Notes: a model not told the origin generated them from the sequence alone. Shown: positions 27,547-42,363, counted from the stretch's first letter. The stretch: 64,000 nt of DNA from Octopus vulgaris (GCA_951406725.2 OX597834.1:1116001-1180000); one strand, 5' to 3'. Numbers and translations are program-made.

Positions 27547-27835
27547 TAAAAAAATACAAACTGGGACAAGAACGCAAAACATTTAGAAGACGATACAAAA
27601 AACACGGACCTTCAATCTTCAGTCAAGAACAGGATCATCCTCGCAATTTCGGCTGATTAATCTTGAGATTGCTCCGACCTGGCCAGCCCCAAAGGAAAAT
27701 CTAAGCCAAGCGCATTAGATTCCTGGGAAGAAAGCCTCGAATGTATACAAAACAAGGACGGGAACGAATAAGAATATGAAAATACGTAAAAACAATAATG
27801 ATAATAATAATAACAAAAACAGGACGTCACAGACG
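27547..27835. repeat. Unclassified ~300-bp interspersed repeat, copy 2
   Basis: Homologous to 6465-6790, same orientation. Confidence 0.8.
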
Positions 27836-28081
27836 TGTATATATATATATACACGCGCGCGCACACACACATATGCCTAAGTGTACATTAATCAAGGCAG
27901 TATAATTTTAGTGTATCTAAATGTGATATTTTAATCGGCGACTGTGTAAAAGTACTCGCCTGGTTGTCGTGCCTATGTCTATGTATCTATGGGAATCAAA
28001 CGGGTGGGAAGGATCTATCCTACACATACCCGAAATGGGTATGCCCACAATCAGTAGTAGAAATAGCAGTATTTTAACAAA

Positions 28082-28354
<273 letters not shown>

Positions 28355-29165
28355 AGCAACAAAGTAACAAAGCAAGACTTTGGGCCGGACTAGAGATTGG
28401 TGTGTGTGTGCGTGTGTGTGTAAGTATCTGCTTTATTTTTTTTTTGTTCAGCATTTGCAGATCTGTCCATCTTTTGTTATTTATTAGCTTTCAAGCTGTT
28501 TTCCGCTGATAGAATGCTGACTCATGTAACCAAAGCAGATCTTCTGATGAAGCGATAGGACGGCATCTAGGGCCACCTGACACTAGATCGGCTTCGCAAC
28601 GACATGGAACCGGGCTGTCTTTCTCCGCTGTCATCGCAATATGTGTGCTACGGCCTACCTTATAAATCTTCATCCATTCAGACAAATACTTGTCCAGAGA
28701 TCGGCCTCAAGTGGCTCATGTCACGCAAGATTTGTTGTTTTAAAACATTACAGTAATAAAGATAATTGTTATTGGCTGACCTTGGCCAACGGGAAGAGAG
28801 AAAGCCAACTGATGTTTATGATAGAATCTCACAATATGGCGATTGGATACCATGCAATGCGATATACGATATGGTATTTCTAGTGATAGCGTATCCATAT
28901 ATCGATATATCATACTATTAATGACAATTTATGAGGTCATTATTAACATATATGTACGTGTGTGTATGTATATGTGTGTGTGTATGTGTCTGTGTATGTG
29001 TGTGTGTGTGTGTGTGTGTGTTTACGTCTCTGGAACTATGTGTCTAAGATATCTGAATATAAGTGTGAGGATGTTCAAGCGCGTGTGAAAGAAAATGTAT
29101 ACGAAGCATATACATCGCACGTACACACACACACACGCACGCACACACACACACACATGTGTAAC

Positions 29166-29198
<33 letters not shown>

Positions 29199-29238
29199 CA
29201 CAATAAGCAATATATATGTATGTATTTATATGTATGTG

Positions 29239-29281
<43 letters not shown>

Positions 29282-29546
29282 TTATATGTATATATATGTA
29301 TGTATTTATATATACATGTGTGTGTGTGTGTGTGTGTATGTGTGTATATATTTATATGTATATACGTATATATTAATATTTGTATTTATGTTCAGTTGTA
29401 ATCCAGGTGGGTAACTCTATACTTTTGTAGTATACCAACTTATTAATCTTCAACAAGAATGTTGTTGACAGCGACTTCAATGTTGCGGCCTGCTAGGCCA
29501 TCGTCGGACTGCATATACACGCACACCTATACGTGTGTAAGTACCT

Positions 29547-29577
<31 letters not shown>

Positions 29578-30307
29578 ATTAAGACTAAATTAACAGTAAG
29601 TCCAGACACAAACCACCGGCAGTTTGCGAAGTAGATCCTCTCAGAGTAACAGCTCAACTCCATGGAGAGGCTGAATGTATTAAAACATTCCCGGAGGAAG
29701 AAATGCAGTAATTTATAAATGTAAAATCCGTAAAGGGTTCGCTCTAAACTTCGGCATTAAGAAATATGGCGATCTTTGAAATGGTCGCCACAGCAAACCC
29801 CCCCCCCCCAGTCCCATCCTCTCATCAAATATGAGGACCCCATACTGCAGCAGTTTAGGATTCACTGATCCACTGCTTATCAATCTCGCCAAAGACGTTG
29901 AAATATCTGAATGGTACAGAGACAAGGATTACCTGGATATTCCCTTACCTGCTTATTAGAAATTCTTTAGACATAGAATCAAGTAACCTAGGAGATATTT
30001 TACATGTTTTTCCTACATAGAAAATTTTGTAAATCTTATTAGCAAATGAAACACGTGTAATGGGAAATAGACACTACCAAAAAAATGTCCATCTCCAGTT
30101 TTTATATGTAATTACTCTGCAAAAGATATTTTTTCAAATGTTTTTCCACACCTCGCCCAAATATAACATCTACGTAGAAGTTTGGAGAACAGGACGAAGC
30201 AGATGCCCTCCACGAGGACATTTTCCTCCAATTCTGGCTGAAACGTATTTAAGTAACTAAGTATGTAAAATATATATATATATATGTTTGTGTGTGTGTG
30301 TGTGTAT

Positions 30308-30355
<48 letters not shown>

Positions 30356-30696
30356 GGTGTGTGTGTGTGAATGATCTTATTCCGGGACTCTTAGGACATC
30401 GCCACAGATATTTCTCCGGACCACATCAACTGGACTTCAGAATATCTCACCGCCTCCTTCAAGACTTCCTAATTCGAAACAAAAGTCGAATTAAGCAAGA
30501 AATTATTTTACATTTGTATACCGTACTTAAAACTTATTAATTATCAGTAATTAACTCATTATCATAACAGGACTGTAATTAAGACTAATTCATAATAAAC
30601 TGTAATTTGTTCAAGAGAGATAGCTTATATAAATATATTTGTTAAACTTGGATAAATGATAGAGTTGATTTCTTTTCACACACAATCACGTGCATT

Positions 30697-30853
<157 letters not shown>

Positions 30854-31050
30854 TATGTGTGTATACATATATATTTGTGCACATATACATAAGCAAAATA
30901 GCTAATTGTAAAATCACAAGAGATCAGAGTAGTAATTATACTAAAAACTAAAGCCTGTCTGCACATCAAAGTAACCAGACGGTGGAAGATCTGCCTGGGG
31001 TTAAACTAGTCGTAACATGGAACAATCACTTTCATGTGGCGAACTGACAT

Positions 31051-31107
<57 letters not shown>

Positions 31108-32031
31108 TATATACATATATATATATATAAAACTGGACGTCTTCCTGTCCCAGATTAACCTATTTCGCGGCAATAGTTGCGAATGAGTGTAGCGACATCA
31201 AACTCACTGTTTCACCAAATGTCAGACATAAAGTATAATAAAATAAAGTAATATAAAATGAAAGGGATTCAAAGAGGATATAAAGACGATGCCAGGGGTT
31301 AGGGCAGGAAGTCAAGTAATAAGTGTTTGTGTCCGTTTTGTGGCTAAGGTGAGTGGCTATAGAAATATTTCTATCTAGGGGGGTATGAGTCACATAAAGG
31401 GTGAATGTGTAAGTGAGCGTGAATGGAAAAAAAACGAGTTAAATGTTAAATTATAGGGAATAAAGTTTACAACTAAGGATTAGGGCAAGGTTGACCTCGA
31501 CGGAATTTGAACTCCACCCGTCGCTACGAAACATCGCTAAGCATCTTGCCCGGCGTGCTAACGATTCTGCCAGCTAGCCGCTTTATGTTCGTCTGTCGTT
31601 GTCGACAATGGCCATGGCATCATTTGGCAGAAGAAAATGGGTCGCTGTTCGACTGGGTGTTGCCGATGTGTTCGCGGAAGATTCTGCCACAGATCGGACG
31701 GTGGGGGTCTGCTGGGAATGAAGGCAACAAGTTACCTCTGGACTTGTGCAGCCCACGTTTTCTTTTTGCGATCGTATTCTGTTCGTAGGAGGAAGCACCA
31801 CTTTTGGTCTAGCTTTGCTAGGGAACGCGACACTGTGCTTGCGTCTCCTAGCTGTTGGGGGTGGATTTGGAAGTCCTTTAGTGAGGCTTTGAGTGTATCT
31901 TTGAAGCACTTTTCCAGCTTATCTTGTGTTCACCTGCCTTCTGCAAATTCACTGCAAAAAGGATTCCTTTGAGTATTCGTGTGTCAGGCATTCGAAGAAG
32001 GAGAATAAATTGAAAATGCACTCAGTTTCGA

Positions 32032-32072
<41 letters not shown>

Positions 32073-32359
32073 ATAAAATGAGTTTTATTGTTTGGCATCG
32101 AATTCTCAGTATACTTACCTCTGTATATGAGAATAAATATATAAATTTATGTTTCCACATGGCCCAACGTTTACATAAACTCACCTTGGGAAAACATACT
32201 CTCATATTTTTACAGTAAAAGTTATATATGAAAGCATTTGTTACATGAAAATATAATTTTGGATGTTTATTTTCAAATATTGATACGGAAACATGATAGA
32301 AATATTTCCCTCCTATGTGAGAAAAGCAGATCTAGTTTTATTGAAATATATATATTTAT

Positions 32360-32465
32360 GGTAATAATATATTGGATGGCATTTACAAACATTTAATGCA
32401 TTGCTACGCGCGTTTCCACAAATCACGATGCATTAAATGTTTATAAATCCCACCAAAGGATTACC
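32360..32465 (-). mobile_element. Miniature PLE end: half hammerhead inside a short inverted repeat
   Basis: Arms 32372-32401 / 32428-32456; the loop reads GAAACGCGCGTAGC on minus; same family as 16150-16205. Confidence 0.6.
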
Positions 32466-33116
32466 GTTATTCTTACTATATTATTCCTACATTATATCGG
32501 TACCAATCGATGCAACCCCCAAAACTACTTCCCCAGTCATCATCGTTAGACTGTGGCCGGCATAATGGAATAGTAGCTTTATTTGCACATTCAAAACGTT
32601 TCCCGTTTACAAATTGAAAATATAGATATAAGATGGTTGTGTACTCCTTAAACAGAGTCTGAGCACCTCTGGTGCTTACATCTTAGATCTATCATGGCGT
32701 CTGATCTGGCTTTTAAACCAGACAATGTTTTGAAAAGACACTTGCAGAAATTGATATCTGCTTTGGACCACCAAGAGTTCCAGTTGAGCTCTGATCTTAG
32801 TGGATCTTAAAATGTCTTTTGAGGCTTCTGTTAGATTTGCAGACCTTATGGCATCCACACGGCATAGACAGGTGTGCAAGGCTAGATAGGCAGAGTAGGT
32901 GATGGAGGTTGGTTTCTCATAGGTCCGCAAATGAGATTTGAGCAGCTCAGCAAAAGAAAGGCATGGTCTGTCACAAATGTATGTATGTATGTATGTATGT
33001 ATGCATGTATGTATGTATGTATATATATATATATATAAAATATATATACGTATATATATATATACATATATAAATATATATATATGTATATATGTATATA
33101 CTTGTTTATATATATG

Positions 33117-33149
<33 letters not shown>

Positions 33150-33150
<1 letters not shown>

Positions 33151-33703
33151 CAATAAAGGGTGGAATATAATTAATTTAATAAAATTAATCAATTTCACCT
33201 AGTAGATTTGTCGGTATGGAAAAGACCATATTTGGTAAAGGTAATAATAATTATAATAAAGGGTTAAAAGCAACAAGTTGCTCAAAACCACATACCGAAA
33301 ATATTAGAAATAGCAGCCAAAATTGGTCAGTATTTCATCTACTAGTAAAAAGTCTCCACAAACAAACAGAATTTGTAAGCTGTATATGGCAAAGAAAGGC
33401 AGAAAATAACGAAAACCCAGCCTCTGGATTAATTATAGACGACTCGTTTCTGGATTAGAACCGAAGGTTCATTTCCTTGTCAATATAATATTTCCTATAA
33501 ATCTAGAAATGCTAGGGGAAAAACAGAGGCTGGGTTTTCGTTATTTTCTGCCTTTTCTTTGCCATATACAGCTTACAAATTCTGTTTGTTTGTGGAGACT
33601 TTTTACTAGTAGAGGAAATACTGACCAATTTTGGCTGCTATTTCTAATATTTTCGGTATGTGGTTTTGAGCAACTTGTTGCTTTTAACCCTTTATTATAA
33701 TTA
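33150..33703 (-). mobile_element. (TA)n-inserted element with ~180-bp inverted repeat and decayed hammerhead in the spacer
   Basis: Arms 33248-33426 / 33524-33703 nearly identical; spacer on minus: attata TTGACAA gga..gaaccttcggttc..tcca GAAA cgagtc GTC tataat (33432-33489); both flanks (TA)n. Confidence 0.7.
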
Positions 33704-33740
33704 TATATATATATATATATATACATGTATATTTGTGTGT

Positions 33741-33799
<59 letters not shown>

Positions 33800-33976
33800 A
33801 ATAAATATTAGGGAATAAATCCAAATTTACAGGGAAAAAATCAGATTTAGGATTAAATCCAATTTTATAGTAAAATATTATATAATATTAATTCGAGACA
33901 AAACCACTATTAGGCAAATCAAACAAGGAAAGACTTAATCAATACATAAACATTTTTAATATAAAGAAATAAACCG

Positions 33977-34019
33977 CCACTACAATCGTTTCATGTCTTC
34001 AATGACATTCGTCAGGTGG
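33977..34019 (-). ncRNA. Minimal type I hammerhead ribozyme, intact
   Basis: Minus: ccac CTGACGA atgtc-attgaa-gacat GAAA cgattg TA gtgg. Perfect stems I and II; lies in a ~265-bp segment (33797-34060) flanked by TA-rich tracts. Confidence 0.88.
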
Positions 34020-35341
34020 ATTTTCGATCTCCTAATCTGTTTTAATTTATGAAATGAATATATAATATATATATATAATGTGTGTTTGTGTGTGTGTGTG
34101 CGCGCGCATGAACACACGTACATATATAAATAAAGACCGTTTTCTATTATCTTTTATATTTTTCAACCAATTCGACTGCGACTATGCTGGGGCACGGCCC
34201 TTAAGGATTTAGTCGATAAAGTCGACCCCAGCGCTTGCTTTTCTGCCTGATACGTATTCTATCGTCTGTTTTTGCTGAACTGCCAGGTTACAGAGACGTA
34301 AATAAACCAACTCTGGTTGTGAAGCACACACACACACACACACACGACAGGTTCTGACCCCGCTTAGTCTCGACTTTCTCTGAAAAAATATTTTTTGAGT
34401 TTTTCCACCATATTCCATCGATTAGTTGTGCTTCCCTCCTGTGAGATACCTATAGGTTATATCCTTTACTCCACGTTACGTACCGTAGTTATGCTTTCTA
34501 CTTTATTCACATCACATATCCGACAGTGAATGTTCTGCCATTGTTATATGCCTTCGTCACGTCTCTCATCGGCTCTATCGTTCAATTATGTCTTCCTTCC
34601 ATGTGATATCCATTAATTCTGTTTTTTTTATCCCCTGTTATATACGTTAGGCGTGTCTTTGCTATATGATATCATTTAATACTTTCGCTATCAGATATTC
34701 TCAATAAATATCGAGTTAGAGTTATTTAATATCCAGAACTTTGATGACAATAAATACGATCTTTTAGTCGATCGTCGATTCGAGAATTATTCACTGCGGA
34801 TTATTAATTTACAAGCAATACACACACACACACACACGTGTATATACGTATGTGTGTGTTATATAATTTTATATAAATTACATATATGTTTGTGAGTATA
34901 AGTATTCACGCTCACAGACGCATATGTATATATATATTGAGATACGCTTACAAACCATGCGCTTTTTTTGTACTGAAAGTATAAAAGTATATTTTATTAA
35001 CAAGAATCTTTGAAATAGATTTTATAGAATTTTTTAATGAAAATAATATTGTCAAAGAAATAATGAGAAAAAATGTAGGAAGTCTCTTTGCTTCTGAGAT
35101 TAAATTAAGAAGATTTTGCGAAGATTCAATCGGTGAGATGCGAAAACAATGGCTTTGTTAATATTTATTGTAGAAACGTCAGCATACTGGAGCTGATTGT
35201 TAAGAAAGATGTCAGATATATTTTATTATTTCACGTCTGTAACAAATATCACCATTATATTTGAAATCTTGCAACAAGAATAACAACAAGAAGATTGAAG
35301 AATCTGGTTGTGAGAATGGAAAGAATATTGAAAGATTGAAA

Positions 35342-35441
35342 NNNNNNNNNNNNNNNNNNNNNNNNNNNNNNNNNNNNNNNNNNNNNNNNNNNNNNNNNNN
35401 NNNNNNNNNNNNNNNNNNNNNNNNNNNNNNNNNNNNNNNNN
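35342..35441. other. Assembly gap (100 N)
   Basis: Run of exactly 100 N, typical of a scaffold join of unknown size. Confidence 0.99.
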
Positions 35442-35519
35442 TCATATTTCAATCCGTGCCGTGGCCAACTCAGTAAAAAGGCCTGAGAAAACATCTTCAA
35501 GTGTCCTGTTCATGTTCCA

Positions 35520-36270
35520 CTGTGCTTTGAGTTCAAGCCCAACTGGTGTGGCCTTCCAATTTCATCGTCCCGGAATCGATAAGAAACGTTCACACCATGG
35601 GCTGCGTTAATCGAGCAATTAGAAACCGAAACATCCAAATGGTAGAACCGTTAAACGTCGCAAAAAGAAATTACCGTTCTTAACGTTCAGAGATCAAATC
35701 CTGTCCGTGTCCAAGTAATAATCAAATACTACGGAGGATGTAATCGAAGAATCCCTTCTTTACTAAATTACTGACCTTACTATTGCGCCTTAACTAGAAA
35801 TAATTTATATAAAGAAATTCATAATTACTTTTATTATGGAAGATTAAGAGAGGGGTCAGCATAGGACAAAATGGCTTGCAGTATGTATTGTGATCCTTAG
35901 GTCCTGAGTTCAAATTACACTGAGGTTAACTTTGTCTTCCATCATTCAGAAACCGATGAAATAAATTTTAAGAATCAGTCAAAAATTGATTCCGGATATC
36001 TGATGCAAATACCGAAAATTTCCTGGCGTTATGCTTCTTAAGGAAATCGTTATTAAAAGCAGCATGCCGGCAGAATCATTACTACGCCGGAAAAAAAATG
36101 GTCAACAAGATTTCATCCGTCTTTACGGTCTAAGTTCGAATTCCGCCGAGGTCGACCTTACCTCTCAACTCTTTTGGAGTTGAGTAAGAGTCAAGCACAG
36201 GAGTCGGCGAAATCGACAAGACATTTTCCCTACTTCCGCCAAAATGTCAGGCTTTGTGCCTATACTGGAA
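35520..36270 (+). mobile_element. Cluster of about four decayed tandem SINE copies
   Basis: Repeated (ga)gttc(a/g)aat...gaggtcgac/gttaac...tcgat..aa motif near 35530, 35690, 35905 and 36130. Confidence 0.6.
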
Positions 36271-36343
36271 AGGATATATTGTCATCATTGTTATTATCAT
36301 TAATAACAATTGCACCATCATAGGATGTACAACTTGTATATAT

Positions 36344-36416
<73 letters not shown>

Positions 36417-36421
36417 ATAGA

Positions 36422-37609
36422 TAGGGTGCGGCGAATGAATTGTCGTCTAAATTACGCAAAAATGAAAATAACACTGATATATCATTTTAACAGATATATT
36501 TACCAAAATTACTTTTAAATATCTTGAAATTCTGAAGAGTAAATTTATTCAATAAAATCGCGATTGGCTTCAACCACGTCCTCCACACGACTTTGGAATC
36601 TCCTGCAACTCTTCTGGACGGTTTCCTTGTTTAAGTTGGTGAATGCTGCCATAAGCCTTGCTTTCAGTCATCTTCGGTGTTAAAAAGGAGTTTTGTTGCT
36701 CCCTTACTCAACTGCGCTCCACACATAATAATCAAGGGGGTTGCAGTCTGGGAAGTTAGGTAACCAGATGTTAGGGGTGATGTGGTCGAAGAAATTGTCT
36801 GACAGCCATTACTGAGTTATCCTGCTTGTGTGGCATGGTGCAGAGTCCTGTTGCCAGATATAGGGTCTTCCAGTAGCCATCCTGTTGACCCAGGGCAGCA
36901 CAACCTCTTCCAGGCACTTGATGTAGGCCTCCGTGTTGAGTCTAGGACCGTGAAGGAAGATGAATGGAGGCATAATGTTGACATCACTGGTGATCACTCC
37001 AAACTCCATGATGTTGATTGGCTGTTTGATTTTTATCACTCTCGGTACATTTTTTGGGGACACGGCAAGCCAACGGTTGTTCTGCGCTTTACCCATCTGA
37101 TCATGGCAGACATTTCTCTCATCTAAGAAAAACCAAAGCATTTTCGGTTGAGTTTCTTCAAAAGCTTCAAAACCCAGGCTTTCCTCTTGTCCTTGATGGC
37201 TTGATATAAAAATTGGCTCTAATGTCCCTGACGATGAACCTGATTGTCTTGGAGGTGATCGTTGTCAATCATGGCCTGGATCGCACCAACAAATTCAGGA
37301 ATTTTCCGAGCTGCCGTACCTCCGTAATAACAATTAGACTCATCCAACTCTTTCCGAATGCTCTACACTGTCCTCAGATTGTCACCTAAATACTCTGAAA
37401 TGTTCGTATTGGTGCTTCCGGTGCGAATGCCGAGAAGTACAGCATGTTGTTTCCAAATTTCTGGTAGAGTGGATTGCGTCATGGTGCTGGTTTTCTCACA
37501 GACGGTGCTCAACTGACTCTACGTTACTGTGTAGTCGACAAAATCAAAAACAATTCGTATACGCGAAATTAAAATCATAAAATATTGACGATTTACTCAT
37601 CGTACCCTG
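36422..37609 (-). mobile_element. Full-length inactive Tc1/mariner DD37D (maT) transposon
   Basis: Diverged TIRs (c/t)AGGGTGCGGCGAATGAATTGTC and CAGGGTACGATGAGTAAATCGTC, TA flank on the right. Confidence 0.88.
36545..37482 (-). pseudogene. DD37D transposase pseudogene
   Basis: WFFLDE...WQQDSAPCHTSRITQ*WLSDNFFDHITPNIWLPNFPDCNPLDYYV: 37 residues between the second and third catalytic D; stop codons, frameshifts and deletions. Confidence 0.88.
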
Positions 37610-37802
37610 TATTTATATATACATACATACATATATACATGTATATATCTATATATATAATATACATAAAAAATATATATGCATATATACGTACACATAT
37701 ATATGTATGTACGTACATATATGTACGTATATATGCATATATATTATTTATATTACTATATGATTGAACACCACGCATCCATTCCCAAGTATATATACAC
37801 AC

Positions 37803-37845
<43 letters not shown>

Positions 37846-37849
37846 AACA

Positions 37850-38815
37850 CATACATACATATACACACATACATACAAACACATACATATACACACATAC
37901 ATAATACATACATGCATACATGCATACATACATACATACATACATATATACATACATACAAACACATACATATACACACATATATACATACACACATACA
38001 TACACACATACATACATACTCACACACATACATATATACACACACACATACATACATACATAATACATACATGCATACATGCATACATACATACATGCAT
38101 ACATACATACATACATACATACATACATACATACATGCATACATACATACATACATACATACATACATACATACATGCATACATACATGCATACATACAT
38201 GCATACATACATACATACATACATGCATACATACATGCATACATACATACATACATACATACATACATACATGCATACATACATACATACATACATACAT
38301 ACATACATACATACATGCATACATACATACATACATGCATACATACATACATACATACATACATACATACATACATACATGCATACATACATACATACAT
38401 ACATGCATACATACATACATACATACATACATACATACATGCATACATACATACATACATACATACATACATACATACATACATACATACATACATACAT
38501 ACATACATACATACATACATACATACATACATACATACATACATACATACATACATACATACATACATGCATACATACATGCATACATACATACATACAT
38601 ACATACATACATACATACATACATGCATACATACATGCATACATACATGCATACATACATGCATACATACATACATACATACATACATGCATACATACAT
38701 ACATACATACATGCATACATACATGCATACATACATGCATACATACATACATACATACATGCATACATACATGCATACATACATGCATACATACATACAT
38801 ACATGCATACACACA
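37850..38815. repeat. ~1-kb (CATA)n array with interspersed CATG variants
   Basis: Directly visible; source of the 250-420 aa spurious ORFs. Confidence 0.97.
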
Positions 38816-39099
38816 CATGCAGACACCAGCCACATAATTTTCTGAAGATCTTGATCACTTGTCAGGTACTTTGAAATTATCTTAAATTTTCTTAACTGTT
38901 GTGTTTTGTCAGCCCAAAGCTGTATAAAGACGTGGCAAGTGAGAGGAGTCAATCACTTCCTCCAACTGATAATAATAAACGACGTGATGTTAAACAAGGA
39001 GGAAAACATGGCGTGTGTTCGGTCTAAATTTCACGAGTTTCTTTTTGTATGTCTCCTTTTTCAAGAATAGCGTTGATGAATCGTTGTACAGTCAATGGC

Positions 39100-39873
39100 G
39101 TTGGAGAGCATAAAGATTAAAGTTGTAGTTGACATGGAGACCTGGAAATCATCTGAATATTGGAAAAGAGTTACTTTACCATGATGATTCGCAACGGCCA
39201 TGAAAAGGCTGTTCACTGCTTGTTAACATTGTAAAGTCTCTCAGGTGCGACATGGACAGCTGCAACAATTTACGAAGCCATGGTCTGCAGCAAGGGACAC
39301 AGCAGGTGTTTTGATTGTGTCTGTGCGCCGAAATTCCTCCAGCAACTTATGAACAAAGCACCAGGCTCAATTCAAACGATTAAGTATAGCTGTTGGAGAG
39401 TATGGTCACACATTGCATGGGGAAAAGGTTGCTGCTGGGAAACCATACGACTAGGAGCAGCATTCGCTTACTTGGCATACCTCCGGACAGAGTTAAAAGG
39501 CAATGTCGGGTATTTCTACGATTTCACCCCCACCCCCATCACCTAGCCTCCTAATTCCTCCGATTGAATTCGGGGCACGGTTGAGACAGACATCGACCGC
39601 TCTAACTCCAACAGTAAGGCCGAACTGGTTGCCAAGATCAAGGAGCTGTTCGAAAATCTTCCTGGGACACAGTGAGGGAAGTATGCAGAAGGATCCGAAG
39701 CTCTCCTCACAACTTAGTGGAAACTGGGGGCAGCTACTTTGCGTTAACTATTACCTCTGAGCTAAAATCGATTGGATAGGTTTTGATTTTTTTTTTTTAA
39801 TATATAGTTTTTTGGAAAGCGAAATTGTATTTTCTTTTCTTTTTAAGCAGGCAAATTTAGCCCAGACACCCTG
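39100..39873 (+). mobile_element. Second, more decayed maT-like relic
   Basis: PPNSSD...NSKAELVAKIKELFENLP transposase C-terminus; terminal CCCAGACACCCTG (TIR starts CAGGGTGTC on minus). Left boundary uncertain. Confidence 0.65.
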
Positions 39874-39881
39874 TGTGTGTA

Positions 39882-40103
<222 letters not shown>

Positions 40104-40248
40104 TGTGTATGTGTATGTACCTATATAACAAGAATAAGAAAGGAGAAAAATCCCATCTTTAATCGGTGATTACACCATACATTACCAGCAACAATCACTT
40201 CTATTCTACCTGGATTTGGTAATCCGTTTTAGTTTATACACTCACACA

Positions 40249-40312
<64 letters not shown>

Positions 40313-40313
<1 letters not shown>

Positions 40314-40502
40314 ACGCGGGGATGCTGAAAAGTTTCTAGCTTTAAGGGTATCACGAAAGACCTTGTTGGAGGCTAACATTCCGAGTTCTTCTAGAAGGCT
40401 TAGAAAAACTGAACGACCTCAGCAATAAATGCATGAATCTGAGAGGGGAATATGTTGAAGAAAATCATACCCGAACCCAAGAACGTTTTAGCACACCCTT
40501 GT
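40313..40502 (+). mobile_element. Internally deleted mariner (MITE-like)
   Basis: Ends CACGCGGGGATGCTGAAAAGTT and AACGTTTTAGCACACCCTTGTG; interior GLEKL...NKCMNLRGEYVE matches a mariner C-terminus. Confidence 0.65.
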
Positions 40503-40709
40503 GTGCATTTGTGGGGTGGAGGTTAGGCAATCCACCGTTCCTAGCAGGAGATTAGTGGAACTGTTAAAGAATGTGAGGCTGAGGTATGGCAGTACCAATT
40601 CCAGCTAGGAGCTTTCAGAGTTCAAGTCCGGCCCAATCACCAATAAGTCAGTGACACATCTGTGTGGAGTTGCGATTGTGTTCTATGGATGTGTGTGTGT
40701 GTGTGTGTA

Positions 40710-40874
40710 AAGGAGCAGGAATAACTGTCTTAAGAAGTCTGCTTTCTAAAAAAAGATCCAGGTTCATTCTCAGTGTGTGGCACCTGTGGAAAGTGTCTCC
40801 TATAGCTGCGAGCGCCCAAAGCCTTGTGAGCAGATTTCGTTGGCGGAAACTGAAAGAAACCCATCATGTACTCT

Positions 40875-40905
<31 letters not shown>

Positions 40906-41100
40906 CGTGTGTTTCTCCCCCACCATCGTTTGACAACCGGTGTTGGGGTGTTTACGTCTCCGTAAGATAGTGAATAAAGACAGGGAATAAATAAAACAAA
41001 AATTAATAACTAAATAAATATACTGGGGTTCCTGTGTAAAATAAAAGTACTGCGTTGCCCCAGTATGGCCACAGTGTAATGACCGAAACCCGTAAAACAA
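40710..41100 (+). mobile_element. Decayed SINE (dominant family)
   Basis: ccaaagccttgtgag...cggaaactgaaagaa, internal (TG)n, ttgacaaccggtgttgg, ccagtatggccacag. Confidence 0.75.
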
Positions 41101-41483
41101 GGCATCTCTATACCTGTATATATAAACCTTTGGACGCTGAAACAGCTTCTTGCGATCCATCCATGGACATTAATTCACCAAAGGAGACACGGAAAGACAC
41201 ACACACACACACACAGAAAGAGTGGTATATGTAACGGGTGAGCGTGCATGCCACCACAACCACTTGGTCTGCTGGCGCCAACCGGGGAAGTCCAGTGTGT
41301 TGCATGGCTTCAGGCCGGTTCTCTGGTTTCAGTGTAGCTTGCCTCCCACCACCACCACCACCAGGGCCAGCGGTGCAGCGAAACAATCAGAACAGAAATA
41401 GAAAATACGTCTTACTATCAACCACATAAACGTGTGTGTGTGTGTGCGCGCGCTGCTTGTTTGTGTGTGTGTGGTTAAAGGAC

Positions 41484-41535
<52 letters not shown>

Positions 41536-41658
41536 TGGATCGCCAAAATACACACACACATAAATATGCATACACACATACACTCAAATAAACACACAGC
41601 TGTTTCTTTTCATCGCTCTTCCTTTTTCCGCCACCGATATTAACATTATTGATATCAT

Positions 41659-41718
<60 letters not shown>

Positions 41719-41769
41719 CAGTAGTAGTAGTAGTAGTAGTAGTAGTTTCAAATTTTGGAACAGGGCCAT

Positions 41770-42212
41770 CTAAATCGCGGGAGAGGTACCAAGTCGATTA
41801 CATCCCTCTTCCCACCCAGTATGCAACTGGTATTTTATTTTACCGACCTCCGAAAGGATGGAAGGCAAAGTCGACCTCAGCGGAATTCGAACTCAGAACG
41901 GAAGTACGGACGAAATGTTGCAAAGCATTTTGCCCGTCCTGCCAGCTCGACGCCTTCATAATAATCGTTTGTAAATATAGGCACAAGGTGCGGAAATTGT
42001 GCGGAGAATCCTTTCTACTGGAGGCACAAATTTGTGGGGTGGGTGCTAGTCGATTATATCGACCCCAGTGTTTCACTGGTACTTAATTTATCGACCTCGA
42101 AAGGATAAAAGCAAAGTCGATCTTGGCGGAATTTGAACTCAGAACGTAGCGACCAGCGAAATACCGCTTAGCATTTCGTCCACCGTGCTAACGATTCTGC
42201 CAGCTTGCAGCC
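41770..42212 (-). mobile_element. Two tandem SINE copies (second family)
   Basis: Repeated ggtacttaatttatcgacc.cgaaaggat..aaggcaaagtcga..tc.gcggaatt.gaactcagaacg. Confidence 0.75.
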
Positions 42213-42299
42213 TTAATTATAATCAAAATAATAAAAATGATAGTAATAATCCCTTCTAATATTGGCACAAGGCCTGGATTTGTGGGAATGGGGATAATA

Positions 42300-42360
<61 letters not shown>

Positions 42361-42363
<3 letters not shown>

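Noticed and set aside
28544-28605. CTGATGA followed by a pairing stem
   Set aside because: GCAA in place of GAAA and no stem III or cleavage triplet.
30955-31020. tgt CTGCACA...TAAACTAGTCGTA aca
   Set aside because: Needs three core substitutions; too degenerate to call.
37593-38952. Long ORFs of 250-421 aa (MYVC/HTYI repeats), and similar ORFs throughout the window
   Set aside because: Translations of (CATA)n, (TA)n and (CA)n microsatellites, which lack stop codons.
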